Assembly: GCF_022045235.1 (NCBI RefSeq)
Contig: NW_027266341.1
Location: 51,646,001 to 51,710,000 of the forward strand
Direction of reading: 5' to 3'
Length of the DNA: 64,000 nt
DNA from: Haliotis cracherodii
Lineage: Eukaryota
The position numbers and the translations under genes were made by a program. Shown in pieces: positions 27,726 to 38,830 of this stretch; the first letter of the stretch is position 1; each line of letters begins with the position of its first letter. The notes under the pieces are model-generated. The model saw only the letters and a program-made list of their open reading frames with translations. It did not search any database and was not told the DNA's origin.

Positions 27726-29359
27726 GTTTCCAATGGTCTATTCATAGAAGTTTCAAAGCTCTTTTGCTCTTTACGCCAAATGAAATCTGTTTCGGCGGAT
27801 ATTCTCTTGTATTGTTATTTTAAAAATTTATATTTAATTAAATGTTAACATTTTGCTTTCATAAGTCAGCAATAGATAATTGGACTTGTGCAAATGAGGG
27901 TTTCATTTTGCTGAGCATAAAACATTCACCATTCAATATTTCTTGATGATTTTTTTTGTACGTAAGTGAAATATCAAGTATCATATATCATACAACCTTG
28001 TTGAGGTTTACTTAGAACCCTGTGCATTTTTTGAAAGTTTTGTTGTAGACATGAGGACTGAAATTGGACGCATCAGTGACAAAAAATGATGTCCAATGCG
28101 ATTCCCAAATTTTACTTGTACCATATTATCCCGTGCATTTTCAGGTGAACAATTGACTTGCCTTTGCATGTCTTTATGACGGGTGCCACCTTTTCACCTT
28201 TTCGCGAACACATGGTGTCATCATCATTTGATAGTCATTCATAAACACATGCTTATGATATACTAAGTATTCGGAATCGTCGAGTGACTCTGCTTTTAGC
28301 AGAGATTTGATTTGACTATGGAAAGGTTGTTGTTGCTATTATTCATTGAGAGGCGACAAAACCGATCAGGTTGGTTAGGCGTGTTGATTATGGCACATCG
28401 TATCCTGACGTATCGTATGACGTTGCTCATAATGCAGTGTTCATTGAAAAACAAGATAAACAAAGCATCACACATGTACTTAATAAAGGGCATGTCTAAT
28501 TGTTTTTTTTCTATTCTGTTTTGGATTTCTAATTCAGAGTTTTGAAAAAAGGATATGTAACATTACTATCAAACATAAAGGCCCATCCGACGAGAAGTTA
28601 ACACGCGTAATTCACGTCATTGGAAGGTAGAGAACGTCTTTTAATAATAGAGGAAATTACTTGTGGATTATTAATAAATGGTAATGTAAGTTGTATTCTC
28701 TTTTGGTAAATGTCAAAGACTTGTCTAGCAATGAAAAATATTTGTCGATCGATTGTGAAAATCGTTCTGGCTGTTAACGGATTTTGTAGAAATTCTTTGG
28801 AGACCTTTATTTAAGAATTATTTTCTGATAATAAATTTATAATATATAGTCATTGCCAATGCAGATTCAAAGGAATTTGTTTTGGAGTTTATCATTGGTA
28901 GTTTTGATAGTTCAAGCATCTGCCATATTATTTGTTATTATACACTGTTAAGGAACAAGAAATATACTATTACAACTGAACTTTCAACCAAATAATATTA
29001 GTCAGATCAGAGAATATATTTTAATAGTTCATCACTACAACGTCAATTACTCCATTAAATATCCTCTGCATATTGGTGCCACAGATATTTTTGTAGAATT
29101 GTGGCCATTTCCGAGTGACAGAATCATTGTGTGTTCAAATTCCAGAATCACCATTTTTGTGATCCCTCTGTGGCCAATTCTAACCTGAATTTCTACTAAG
29201 ATCACAGTTTCACAGTAAGATTCATAATTTCTTTAGGTTTTGTTTTCGTGTGAAAATATATACTGATATTACTATTCCTATAGCACTAATTCAATACCAG
29301 TACCCTAATAGAATCCGGGAATAACAGGCATTAGAGACTCTACTGTTTTGTGGTGGGGA

Positions 29360-29606
29360 GCAGGGGGTAGGAATAGGGCTTCAGGAACCCATGTTTGCCG
29401 TAAAAGGTGACTGCACTTATCGTGAGAGGCGACTAACGGGATCGGGCTCGCTGACTTGGTTGATGCATGTCATCGATTCCCAATTGCGTGGATCGATGCT
29501 CATGATGTCAACCACTAGGTTGTCTGGTCCAGATTCGATTATTTACAGACTGCCGTCATATAACTGGAATATTGCTGAGTGCGGCGTTTAACAGCAAACA
29601 AACAAA
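29360..29606 (+). mobile_element. Family-A short retroposon
   Basis: GGGGTAGGAATAGGGCTTCAG...GCTGAGTGCGGCGTTTAACAGCAAACAAAC. Confidence 0.85.
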
Positions 29607-31929
29607 TTTAAGGGGCGACTAAATTACATCGGGTGGTCAGACTCGGGTGTTGGATCTTTATTATATTAACCAGCAGTGTTGGATCTTAATTATATTTACC
29701 ACTGGTGTGCCTGGTCTAAACTTGATTCTGATAAGGTTGGAATGGTTCTACTTGCGGCTTAAAACAATAAACACGTTCACCAATGAACAAAGCATAACGT
29801 ATTGAGGAAGCTGTCTTAGAGACACCACGATAAACACGACCCATTGATCTATTATTTAACAAAATGTCAGCATATGGTATAAATCCTCGTACAACTTTGA
29901 GTCACTAGCATGTGTTGCAATATACCAACTTGATACATATGAGTCAGTTAGCCTCAGACTATTTTGAGGATCCAAGGGTTATGTCCTGTAAACACACAAT
30001 CACATAGATCAGGTACAGGTTTGTGGTGATGTCGGTGGCTGTGGCTGTGGTGGTTGCTGTGGAGTTGGTGGGGTTTGTTGCTGTTGTGGTTGCGGGGAAT
30101 GTGGTCGTGGTTGTGGTGATCATGAAGGTTGTGAGGATGCAGCTGGCGTTGGCGTGTCCAAACGCAAAATCACAAGTACCACCCCACACTGTGGTTATAT
30201 AAGTGTCGTGTTTGTGTATCCTTGAGCAGTCGGACTTGGTGATAGCGACGGGATGCTGGAAGTAATTGTTGTTGTGGCGGTGATGTTTGCCTAGGTGATG
30301 ATGCGGCTGCATATTTATTGGTTCATCTCTGTGGAGCTTACATTTTACAAAATCCAGAATGTTTCATTAAATGAAGGCTTTCTCCTCATAAATAGCTGAA
30401 GGATAGTATGGAGGTAAAAGGGTCAGCCATTATTTGCAATTATACTCAACTCAATGAACGATGAATCAATAGTCTCCAGCACTGCTGCTTTAATTTATGG
30501 CCAATCACAACACCAGATGCAATTCTGTGCGGACCTTCGAAGTCGTCAACCAATCAGAGTCAACCTCTTGTGACGGAAGTTGGCTTACAAAAAAGCAGAG
30601 TTGCCAATTGGGTCAGGCTGACTTAAGGCTGTGTGCTAATACCCTCAGCCAGAGAAATTAGCAAACAGAACAAGTGAATTATTGCAAGAAAAGTCTCTGA
30701 AATCTAAAACGATCACCTAGAAAAAAACTAGTTTCTCTTGTGTGATAAATAGAATAAATCAAATTTGGTTAGGACCATGATTGCATTCGCAGTATTTGTT
30801 AGAAGGCGTCGGGTCCCAACACCAAGAGGAAAGGGGCATGCGCGCGCAGTAAAACTCGTTATTGAAGAAAGGTCGCTTTCAGAGAGACATTACCCTCTAA
30901 AAAGGGGTGGTTTTACGAGAGTATTTCATGGAAATACAGATCGAGGCAAACACAGAAACTAAAGCTTGGAGGTTAATTGGCAAGGGACATCAATAACCAT
31001 TAAAAAAACAGTAATATCTCCAACAACAGCAATGCCAGAAGCCATAGTGGCATCGGTGGTTCTGGCCTGCAGTCGTAACAGTAAACACATATCAGTTTCT
31101 CAACAACCCAGTACGATCTACAGAATCTATTAGAATTACCGTCAGAAAAAAAAGAAGAAAAGCCGATACAAAGCAAATAGTCGCCAGCTGTCTCGTTGGC
31201 TGGATTCATCTTGATACATGCCTCCGGTGAAATGAAGTTTCAGATCAGATGAGTTTTTACAGTTTAAATTAGATGTTTTTATTCTTAATTAGCGGAAGTA
31301 ACAAAAGAGCACATATACTCCTGAAAGAAGAAACACATAACTAGATTTTCGGTGCGGGAAGTAACACACATTGACTACATATCTGAACTCTAATGTGCGA
31401 TGACATAGTAGGAACAGAACAGCAAAGGTCATGAGAACACAATATTCCTCCATTAGCGTCAGGTACTGCCAAGCACATCCTGCCAATGGACGAAATGACA
31501 GTACGAATCACACGCTTGGGAATGTTAGGCCACTACACCTGTCGTTCATGAGAAAACAGTTGCAGTGATTGTGGTTCAGGATGACGTACGCGGCGATACA
31601 AATCAAATCGAGCTGGGGTCGAGTCTGTGGTGGTTTTGAATAAATAAAGGTGACACAATCCATAATCATAAGACATCTCTGCCAGAAGCAAGGATGATGT
31701 TACGTGCTGTGTGCAGACTAGCATCGTCTTGCATTGTCGTAGATCAAAATAGGCTTCTTTCATTCATCACAATAGTGTTTGTTCTGCTATTGGGGTACGC
31801 TTCACCCGCAAATCCGTCGACATCCCCTTTAGAAAAACGTTCAGATTTGACACAACTGACGTCACAATTGAAGTTATTATTGCGCCAAAACAACACTGTT
31901 TCTGAGACCAGCCACAAATGGCTGTTGGT

Positions 31930-32058
31930 AGAGTTGCATCCCTTGGGCGTGCCAAAAACCAGTCTTTGGTTCCTATCCCAGATTCGTCCTGATCATGTTC
32001 CTTGGTTTGTCAGCACCATACCCGTGCTCGTGAGTTTAACCAAAGTGGTAAACGTCAT
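31930..32058 (+). mobile_element. Family-C SINE internal fragment
   Basis: AGAGTTGCATCCCTTGGGCGTGCCA...TGTCAGCACCATACCCGTG...AAGTGGTAAACGTC matches 35020-35150. Confidence 0.75.
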
Positions 32059-32070
32059 CACTTCGAGCCT

Positions 32071-32367
32071 GGGGACGGACCATTTGATATTCTGGAGGGG
32101 CTGGGATTTTATATGGAGACTAGATGTTTTTCAGCTACAGCTACAAAACCAGATATACTTTATTATTATTTCACGACGCTGAGCCTAAATTTGTTTTAAG
32201 AAAAACACCATGCAACAAAGTAATTTTTGTGGCAGGTAAATTCGTTTTTGTTCAACAGTCTGAAGAATAAATATTTTTTCAAGGATTTGGGGGACAATAA
32301 CCAAATTTCCCCTCACCCTCTTTGCCCCTCCCCTTCCTTCCAGCGGAATATAAAATGGCCGGAACAT
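32071..32367. mobile_element. Putative decayed MITE
   Basis: Imperfect terminal inverted repeats GGGGACGGACCATTTGATATTC / GAATATAAAATGGCCGG around an AT-rich interior. Confidence 0.4.
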
Positions 32368-33292
32368 CACGCTGACTGCAATACTGTACTAAGCGGCTAA
32401 AAACGATATTCACTCGTTGACCCCATATTCCTAAAATGCAAAACCGAATGTTGCATTTGTAATTTTCAGCGACTTAAACTTTTCTCATTATCATGAATTA
32501 AACTTGAAGTCTGATATTCGTGAAGATATAGATTGTTTATGTCCAAAGACCAGTACGCCACGTTAGACGGTACATATACCCTCAAAATGTAATAAGCATA
32601 TTCCACTTAATCCATAACAAACTTATTTATATGTACACTGTGTAAGTGTGAAAATAAATAACATGAAATGTCTCAATATCCCTACCAAAAGTTGTGCAGC
32701 ATATAACTCCCCTGTGGTTTAGGCTGTTCTGGATATTGTACATATTCTTTGATCTTTGATATAATGGTCATATGGGGTCACATTGTTAGATTACTGGTCA
32801 TAAACGTAGTGCATTATTTGCAGAGATCAAACCATGTGGAGCATCCTCGCATCAATCATATTAGAAAAGGACAAATTCGAGTTATTTTATTGTGTATTTG
32901 ATGTATGATATCTCCAGGTTGTGGCAGCAATCTGATTTGAAGTCTAAATTGTATGATGTTTTGGGCAAAGACAATGCAAACAATTATCAAGATCAAACGA
33001 TTTATTAAAAAAACCTCGTCTGTTTTTGGTATATTATTTTTATCACATCAGGTCCGTTTAAAGTCCACTGGTGTCTGTTGCCTTCTGTACAGAAGCAGAA
33101 AACTAATTTAACTTGATATAAATAAAAACAGTTGATGCAAATCCTACAAAGTGATTACATTACATTGGCACATCTGTGGTAGAAATCCTTCAGAAAGTAC
33201 TGATGGTTACCTTTAAAAAATATATGTACAATATAAGCATGCCAACAGTCTCTGGCGCAACATTTCGCATTTCCCTTGGTCGTATCAGAATC

Positions 33293-33458
33293 GGAGCGGT
33301 CGGGTAGCCTAGTGGTAAAAGCGTTCGCTCGTCACGCCGAACACCCGGGTTCGATTCACGACATGGGTACAATGTGCGAAGCCCCTTTCTGGTGTCCCCT
33401 CAGTGATATGACTGGAGTATTGCTAAAAGCGGCGTAAAATCAAACTCACTCACTCACT
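33293..33458 (+). mobile_element. Family-D tRNA SINE
   Basis: GGGTAGCCTAGTGGTAAAAGCGTTCGCTCGTCACGCC...GGTTCGATTC, (ACTC)n tail and 11-bp TSD GTATCAGAATC. Confidence 0.9.
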
Positions 33459-33622
33459 GGTATCAGAATCCGCTGGTTTTGAGGTGGTCCTTCGGGATGT
33501 CAAAATTCCTTTTAGCAACAAAAGATACCAAACATGTTCAGAAAAAACACCGTATACCGTATTTCCTCTGTGGCACATGATAATGCAAAACATTTTCATA
33601 TTGTGATAACTGAAGCCTCTGA

Positions 33623-33869
33623 TTGTGCGTTGTTTAAGGTCGCACTCAGCAATATTCCAGCTATATAACGCGGTCTGTATATAATCGAGTCTGGACAAGA
33701 CAATCCAGTGATTGATATCATGAGCATCGTTCCACGTAATTGGGGTCGATGACATGCATCAATCAAGTCAGCGAGCCTGACCACCCGATCCCGTTAGTCG
33801 CACAGTCGCCTTTTAATGCAAGCATGGGTTGCTGAAGACTTATTCTACCCCGGATCTTCACGGGTCCAA
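33623..33869 (-). mobile_element. Family-A short retroposon, full length
   Basis: 10-bp TSD AAGCCTCTGA (33613-33622 and 33870-33879); 5' end GGACCCGTGAAGATCCGGGGTAGAATAAGTCTTCAGC. Confidence 0.9.
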
Positions 33870-33880
33870 AAGCCTCTGAA

Positions 33881-34212
33881 TGTACAGTTCGTTTGACTCC
33901 AAATGAGAACGATGAATTGCAAAATAACTCGAAATCCAGAAAAGTTTGGACATCCTATAAGGGCGACTGTATTAAAGGCTACTGGATGGATGGTATAGTT
34001 TCTCTAATATTCTTCTTCCGTGCAACGGATGTAGAGTTCTTTAGGAATTGAAATGTTGGAAACACGCTGTTAATGACTAATCTATGCTCGCCTTCGCGTG
34101 ACGATAATTTCTGTTGCGTCTCTTCAACTTAAGTGAACCCGCAAAGTGTACAGTCCGTTTGACTCCAAATGAGAACGATGAATTGCAAAATAACTCGAAA
34201 TCCAGAAAAGTG
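33881..34212. repeat. About 65-bp direct repeat
   Basis: TGTACAGT.CGTTTGACTCCAAATGAGAACGATGAATTGCAAAATAACTCGAAATCCAGAAAAGT at about 33881 and 34147. Confidence 0.9.
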
Positions 34213-34974
34213 TATGAAACATCAATACGGTACTTGACCATGAATACCCTGTACCCAACACAATCTGAATTTTGTTTATTTTAAGACCCATGACGGATGA
34301 AGTTCTTTAAGAAACTATCATGTAATTTTGTATCGAAATGTGTACATGACACGTAGGGGGGACAAATCGTGGAAGGAACAGCGCAAGCACGCATGTACTG
34401 CACGTTCTGTGGTAGGGGAAATGACAGAGCGTTAGAGGGGCCGTCTCATGGTAATTTCAGTCGCAATCTGACTCGCTCACCACCACCTATACTTGGTGTC
34501 GTTGAAAGAAATCAGATAACTTCAGCATAGTTGGCTGGTGGATGGGTCTACAAACAGTAAGATCCCACAGTATCGACTAGAGAGAATCGTTCTTGGTGTT
34601 TCTTTGAAACGTTTGCCCAAACCATGAAACAGAATCAGAAAAATCAGAAAAAGACCGCGTGTTTCTGAATTTAAAAATTGCAAACAAGGGAATTGATGCT
34701 TTAAGCTAAAGTAACATTCTCAATTTCAGGAACCCCCAACTGTTTCATTTTCTTATACGAACACCATTTCGCTTACGTTGTTCGATTATAGGACTCGTGA
34801 TGCAGAACGTGGAGTGGCAGCTCATGATGTAAATTCCACTACTCTGGCTGCCACGATTCATCATACTGCTACCATATAATAGGCCATATAATCACCTGTC
34901 TCTTGTTTACAATACCAATCTTCGTCAGTTTTTCAATATGACCAAAAATACCGTGAACAGCCTCCTACGAATGG

Positions 34975-35256
34975 GGGGGCTCGAATCGCCCAGTCGTCTA
35001 AGGCGTCGCGATTCGCTGTGTAGAGTTGCGTCCCTTGGGCACGCCAGAAACCTATCGTTGTGGGTTCAAATCCCGGTTCGCTGCAGTTATGTTTCTAGGT
35101 TTGTCAGCCCCATACCCGTGGTCGTGGGTTTCACCGAAGTGGTAAACGTCTGAGACCTGCATCACCTCGGGCTTTCCTCCCACTTCAAGCAGGACACGCC
35201 GTGATATAACTGGAATACTATTAAAAGCGGCGTTACACCCAACTCACTCACTCACT
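34975..35256 (+). mobile_element. Family-C tRNA SINE, full length
   Basis: A-box-like TCGCCCAGTCGTCTAAGG, B box GGTTCAAATCC, tail AAAAGCGGCGTTACACCCAACTCACTCACTCACT, and TSD CTCCTACGAAT / CTCCTTCGAAT. Confidence 0.85.
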
Positions 35257-36151
35257 CCTTCGAATTGGGATCACAACTTTAAAATCATAATGGCTGCTGT
35301 TGAAGCGTATGAAAAAAATGGGCCAATAGAGCAAGGTGTTGAACGTCTTTCAGAAAGGATTTAGTTGCTGCTTGATGTCATTGGTAGAATGAACGAATTG
35401 AAAAAGAGGAAACAAAATTGAAATAAATCCATTCTGTTCCAGCCAACTGTCATACATAAAGGGTTTTTTTCGTTCCCATTGAAAAGGCCTCAAATAACAT
35501 AAGCGTCATGTCTAAGCATCGGTACATTAATTGTTTGACCAAACATATCAGATAATGCTACAAATAAGGGCAGCATGTTAAATGAGAAAGAAATCTGCCA
35601 AAACTAAGCATGAGTCCTATCAACTCTCGTCTTGACATGTCCATTCCTTTTTTACCAGGATTAAGAAGCTCCGTAATAATCCGTACAAAGAGAGATATAT
35701 GACAATACTTTTTTGCACGAATATGGAAGTCTTTGTACATGTGAAAGTGATAACAGATCAAACATAGAAACCTCTAAGGAAGACAGGGTTAAACCATCAA
35801 TTCATGGAAGAATGCTAGTTGGGATAAAAGCTCTTAGAGCTTAAAAAGTGGCAAACAATATCGGCGTGCAGAGGGTATGTGTGCATACTCATTACTTAAA
35901 ATGTGGTTTGGGTCAGATGACTTTAGAACACATACTATACTATTATAAGATTGTCAAACGGTACCCCGGCAGTTTCTCTTGCCAATAAAACAATGTTGTT
36001 AAGACGTTATTTATTATGAAGTGACAGAGCTCCATACCAGAAAGAAAGGGAAAAACGATTATAAAAAAGAAACATAAAATTTTGGTTAACATCAAGAGAT
36101 CTCAATTTGCGCATACAATCTTTTTTTCACATTCCAGTTTAACTTTATAAA

Positions 36152-36965
36152 TACTCTGCAAAAAAATGAAAATTATGTATTTTTAATATATCACATAAAT
36201 AATCAACAGATGGTTGTCGGTTTCCATATTATGGCACACATGGAACAGTAGATTTTCAAGGTGAAGGTAATCTGTTCTCAATATCTTGTGTGGCCAACAT
36301 TAGAGTCCAAAACTGGCTGGCATGGTCGTATCATGGAAGCAATCAGATCCCGAATTGTGGCCTGGGGAATGTTCACCCACTCTGCCTGCGGTGCTTGTGT
36401 CAACTATCGGAGGTTCTGTGGTTGTTGCTGACATGCTCGGAGTCATGATCAAGTGCTTCTGATAAATGTTCGATTGGGTTTAAATCTGGAGACCTGGAGG
36501 GCCATGGCAGGACCTGGATGTTGTGATTCCTGAACAAGGCTGTTTCAGTCTTGTGGTGTGAGGTCGGGCGTTGTCTTGTTGGAAAATGACCTTCGCTTGT
36601 TGCATAATGGAAAGGACGAATGGCCGAAGAATCTCATCCGTGTAATGTTGTGCCGTTAGATTTCCCAGAGCATACACCAATTCTGACCTTGACACCACTG
36701 ACGTCCCAGAGCCGATTATGCAGGTCCGTCAAAACGACCCCTAAGACTAATGAGCTAACTGCGAATACCTTCAGCGTGGAAACAGGTTCCTACCTGCCTT
36801 GGCTGATATTCTAGTGTTGTCGTAGTTGTTGAGATGGCCATGATGGTTCTTGCAAGGTAAATGACGTAGCCGGATGAATCTGTCCTGTGTTCCAGTAGCG
36901 GTAATACCTGGTCGACCGGATCTGAGTAGGTCACGTGTTGTCCTTTGTGTCTGCTTTGTGCTACG
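36152..36965 (-). mobile_element. Decayed Tc1-family transposon (catalytic part and 3' end)
   Basis: GNLTAQHYTDEILRP...IFQQDNARPHT, WPSRSPDL/NPIEH, RSGRP and QDRFIRLRHL relics, and a TA-CTCTGCAAAAAAA terminus. Confidence 0.9.
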
Positions 36966-36999
36966 TAGAAAAACCTGGCTACAGCTGAAGATAATTCCC

Positions 37000-37335
37000 C
37001 TATTTTAAACTAAATCAATACAAACACATTGTCCAAACACAACAATGATCCTCGCAGAAAGTGACACACGTCCACTGCACGTTTTGTTTTTGTTGTAGAA
37101 ATGGCAAAGAAGGGAAAAACGCTTAAGCAGCCTAAACTACATGTAGTTAGGGTATATACTCTAGACGGTTGACATATCAGACGCTTACACTGATGAAATA
37201 AAAAAACACCGCCAGAGAAATGCCATGACTGACACCCGAACACGCGAGCTGGCTCCTGGTATGACACAGACTGGAGCCACCTGTGCCCTCATTGCTAGAA
37301 GTACTGGTTGCTCCCGTTGCATCCGACAGGCCAAG
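37000..37335 (+). mobile_element. Tc1 transposase 5' region (N-terminal HTH), inverted relative to the adjacent body
   Basis: TATA-like TATATA at about 37153 and ATG at 37220: MP*LT../RELAPGMTQTGATCALIARSTGCSR (cf. MPRLxxxxRERAIGMLxAGxSxxxVARxFGCS). Confidence 0.7.
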
Positions 37336-37790
37336 AACATTTCTATAGAGAACCTTCAGATGAGACGCATGCCTGTTGGGGCCTATAGATTCAGAGTGGC
37401 AATACAGAACCACCATATAAAACACATTTCTGTATGAAACTATCATATAAAACACGTCGATATTGAACCATCACAAAACACAAATGTCTAAATAGCAATT
37501 ATGTAGCCATATATTATTTACGAAACCAAATATTACTAATAATTTCATTAAATTATTTCAGAGTACAAATATTAGCGTCTTACGAAACTTTACAAAACAT
37601 TTAGTCTAATTTCATCGCAACCTGTTGAACACTGTTAAGACTCACCAAGTTACATTTTTGGGGGAAGTCAGCGCGACAAGTCATTTCTCGGAGTTTAAAT
37701 ATGCCTTTTCCGATTGTAGGTGTGACAGATTGTAGAAATAGTTTTTAAAAATGCTGAACACATATATTTCTACTTTATTAATTAACATTC

Positions 37791-38033
37791 TACGGAAGCG
37801 TAGTAGGGCCACGGTGAAAATATTTTTTTCTAAGTATCTCCTCCGTACCAAGTCCTACGTAGGAGATAGTACGTCCTACGTAGGAGATAGTAAGTCCTAC
37901 GTAGGAGATACTAAGTTCTACGTAGGAAATATTAAGTCCTACGTAGAAGATACTAAGTCCTACATAGGAGTTACTAAGTCCTACGGAGATACTTAGACAA
38001 AAAAAATCACCGTGGCCCCACTACGCTTCCGTA
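37791..38033. mobile_element. MITE with TAC..GTA ends, 6-bp TSD and internal 21-bp tandem repeats (IS3EU-like)
   Basis: TIRs TACGGAAGCGTAGTAGGGCCACGGTGA / TCACCGTGGCCCCACTACGCTTCCGTA, perfect TSD ACATTC, and about 7 copies of AAGTCCTACGTAGGAGATACT. Confidence 0.9.
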
Positions 38034-38710
38034 ACATTCAAACATATATTTTAAATGTGTAAGTATTTACACAAAGCAATTAATACAACTTCAAAATGCA
38101 TGTCTCTCCACCCCGAGCTGGGATGTGGCAAAACTTTACTTTCATCGGTTACTTGTCACCACCACTGTCAAAGATACATGAAGCAAGATGGCAACCCCGA
38201 TCTTTGATGCGGTTCAACATTAACCCAGACTTACTGGGATTGGGCCAATGGAACTGGAGTATGACTGAACAACCATTTCTTAGGCTGCAGAAGAGCCGGC
38301 GTTATGTGACAGGAGAGATTGCATGTTTGTGACATGTCAGTTCTATGACATTTAACGCCAGCATGAGTAAGAAATGTGACAGTTGTGGCCCCGAGACAGT
38401 GTATGTTTTCAAATCCCCTCCTGCCAAATCCTAACATTGGTGGTTAACGGTGATGGCAATGAAAGGTTAATTAAATGTCGTCATGAATAAAAAAATATTA
38501 AACACTTTTTTACAATGTTATAGTCAACATTATACATCATTACCGTTTGTTTTAAAGAAGAAATCGAACATGTACCTACCAGTTTCATAAACGTTATTAT
38601 TTGTATGCAAAAGATACACGTTTGTTAAGTCTTGTAATCTCATCATCAAAGCAGTCAGTGATACGGCCTAGAACGTCAAAATCGTCGCCAAAAACATCCG
38701 ATATCAAACG

Positions 38711-38830
38711 TACCGTATTTACCCTACTAGATGCTCGGCCGTCTATTAATTTCGCGAGCGCCGTTGACCCGGTGTGTATTAGGGACCTGGCTTGTATTAG
38801 ATACCCAGCATCTTATAGAGGAAATCTTTA
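38711..38830. mobile_element. Putative pogo/Tigger-type MITE relic
   Basis: TA-CCGTATTT start, 18-bp CC.GG..TGTATTAG repeats and a degenerate right end AGAGGAAAT. Confidence 0.4.

Noticed and set aside
31694-32182. 162-aa ORF with signal-peptide-like stretch and KR site (prohormone-like)
   Set aside because: Its second half is a SINE fragment plus a MITE end, and there is no splice or homology support for the first half.
33293-33370. tRNA-Asp-like gene (also 15200-15270, 55033 and 62268)
   Set aside because: The acceptor stem is not formed and the sequence continues into a SINE body and tail with TSDs, so these are SINE heads rather than tRNA genes.
37840-37995. CRISPR-like regularly spaced palindromic repeats
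   Set aside because: There are no unique spacers, the context is eukaryotic, and the repeats are enclosed by MITE TIRs and a TSD.
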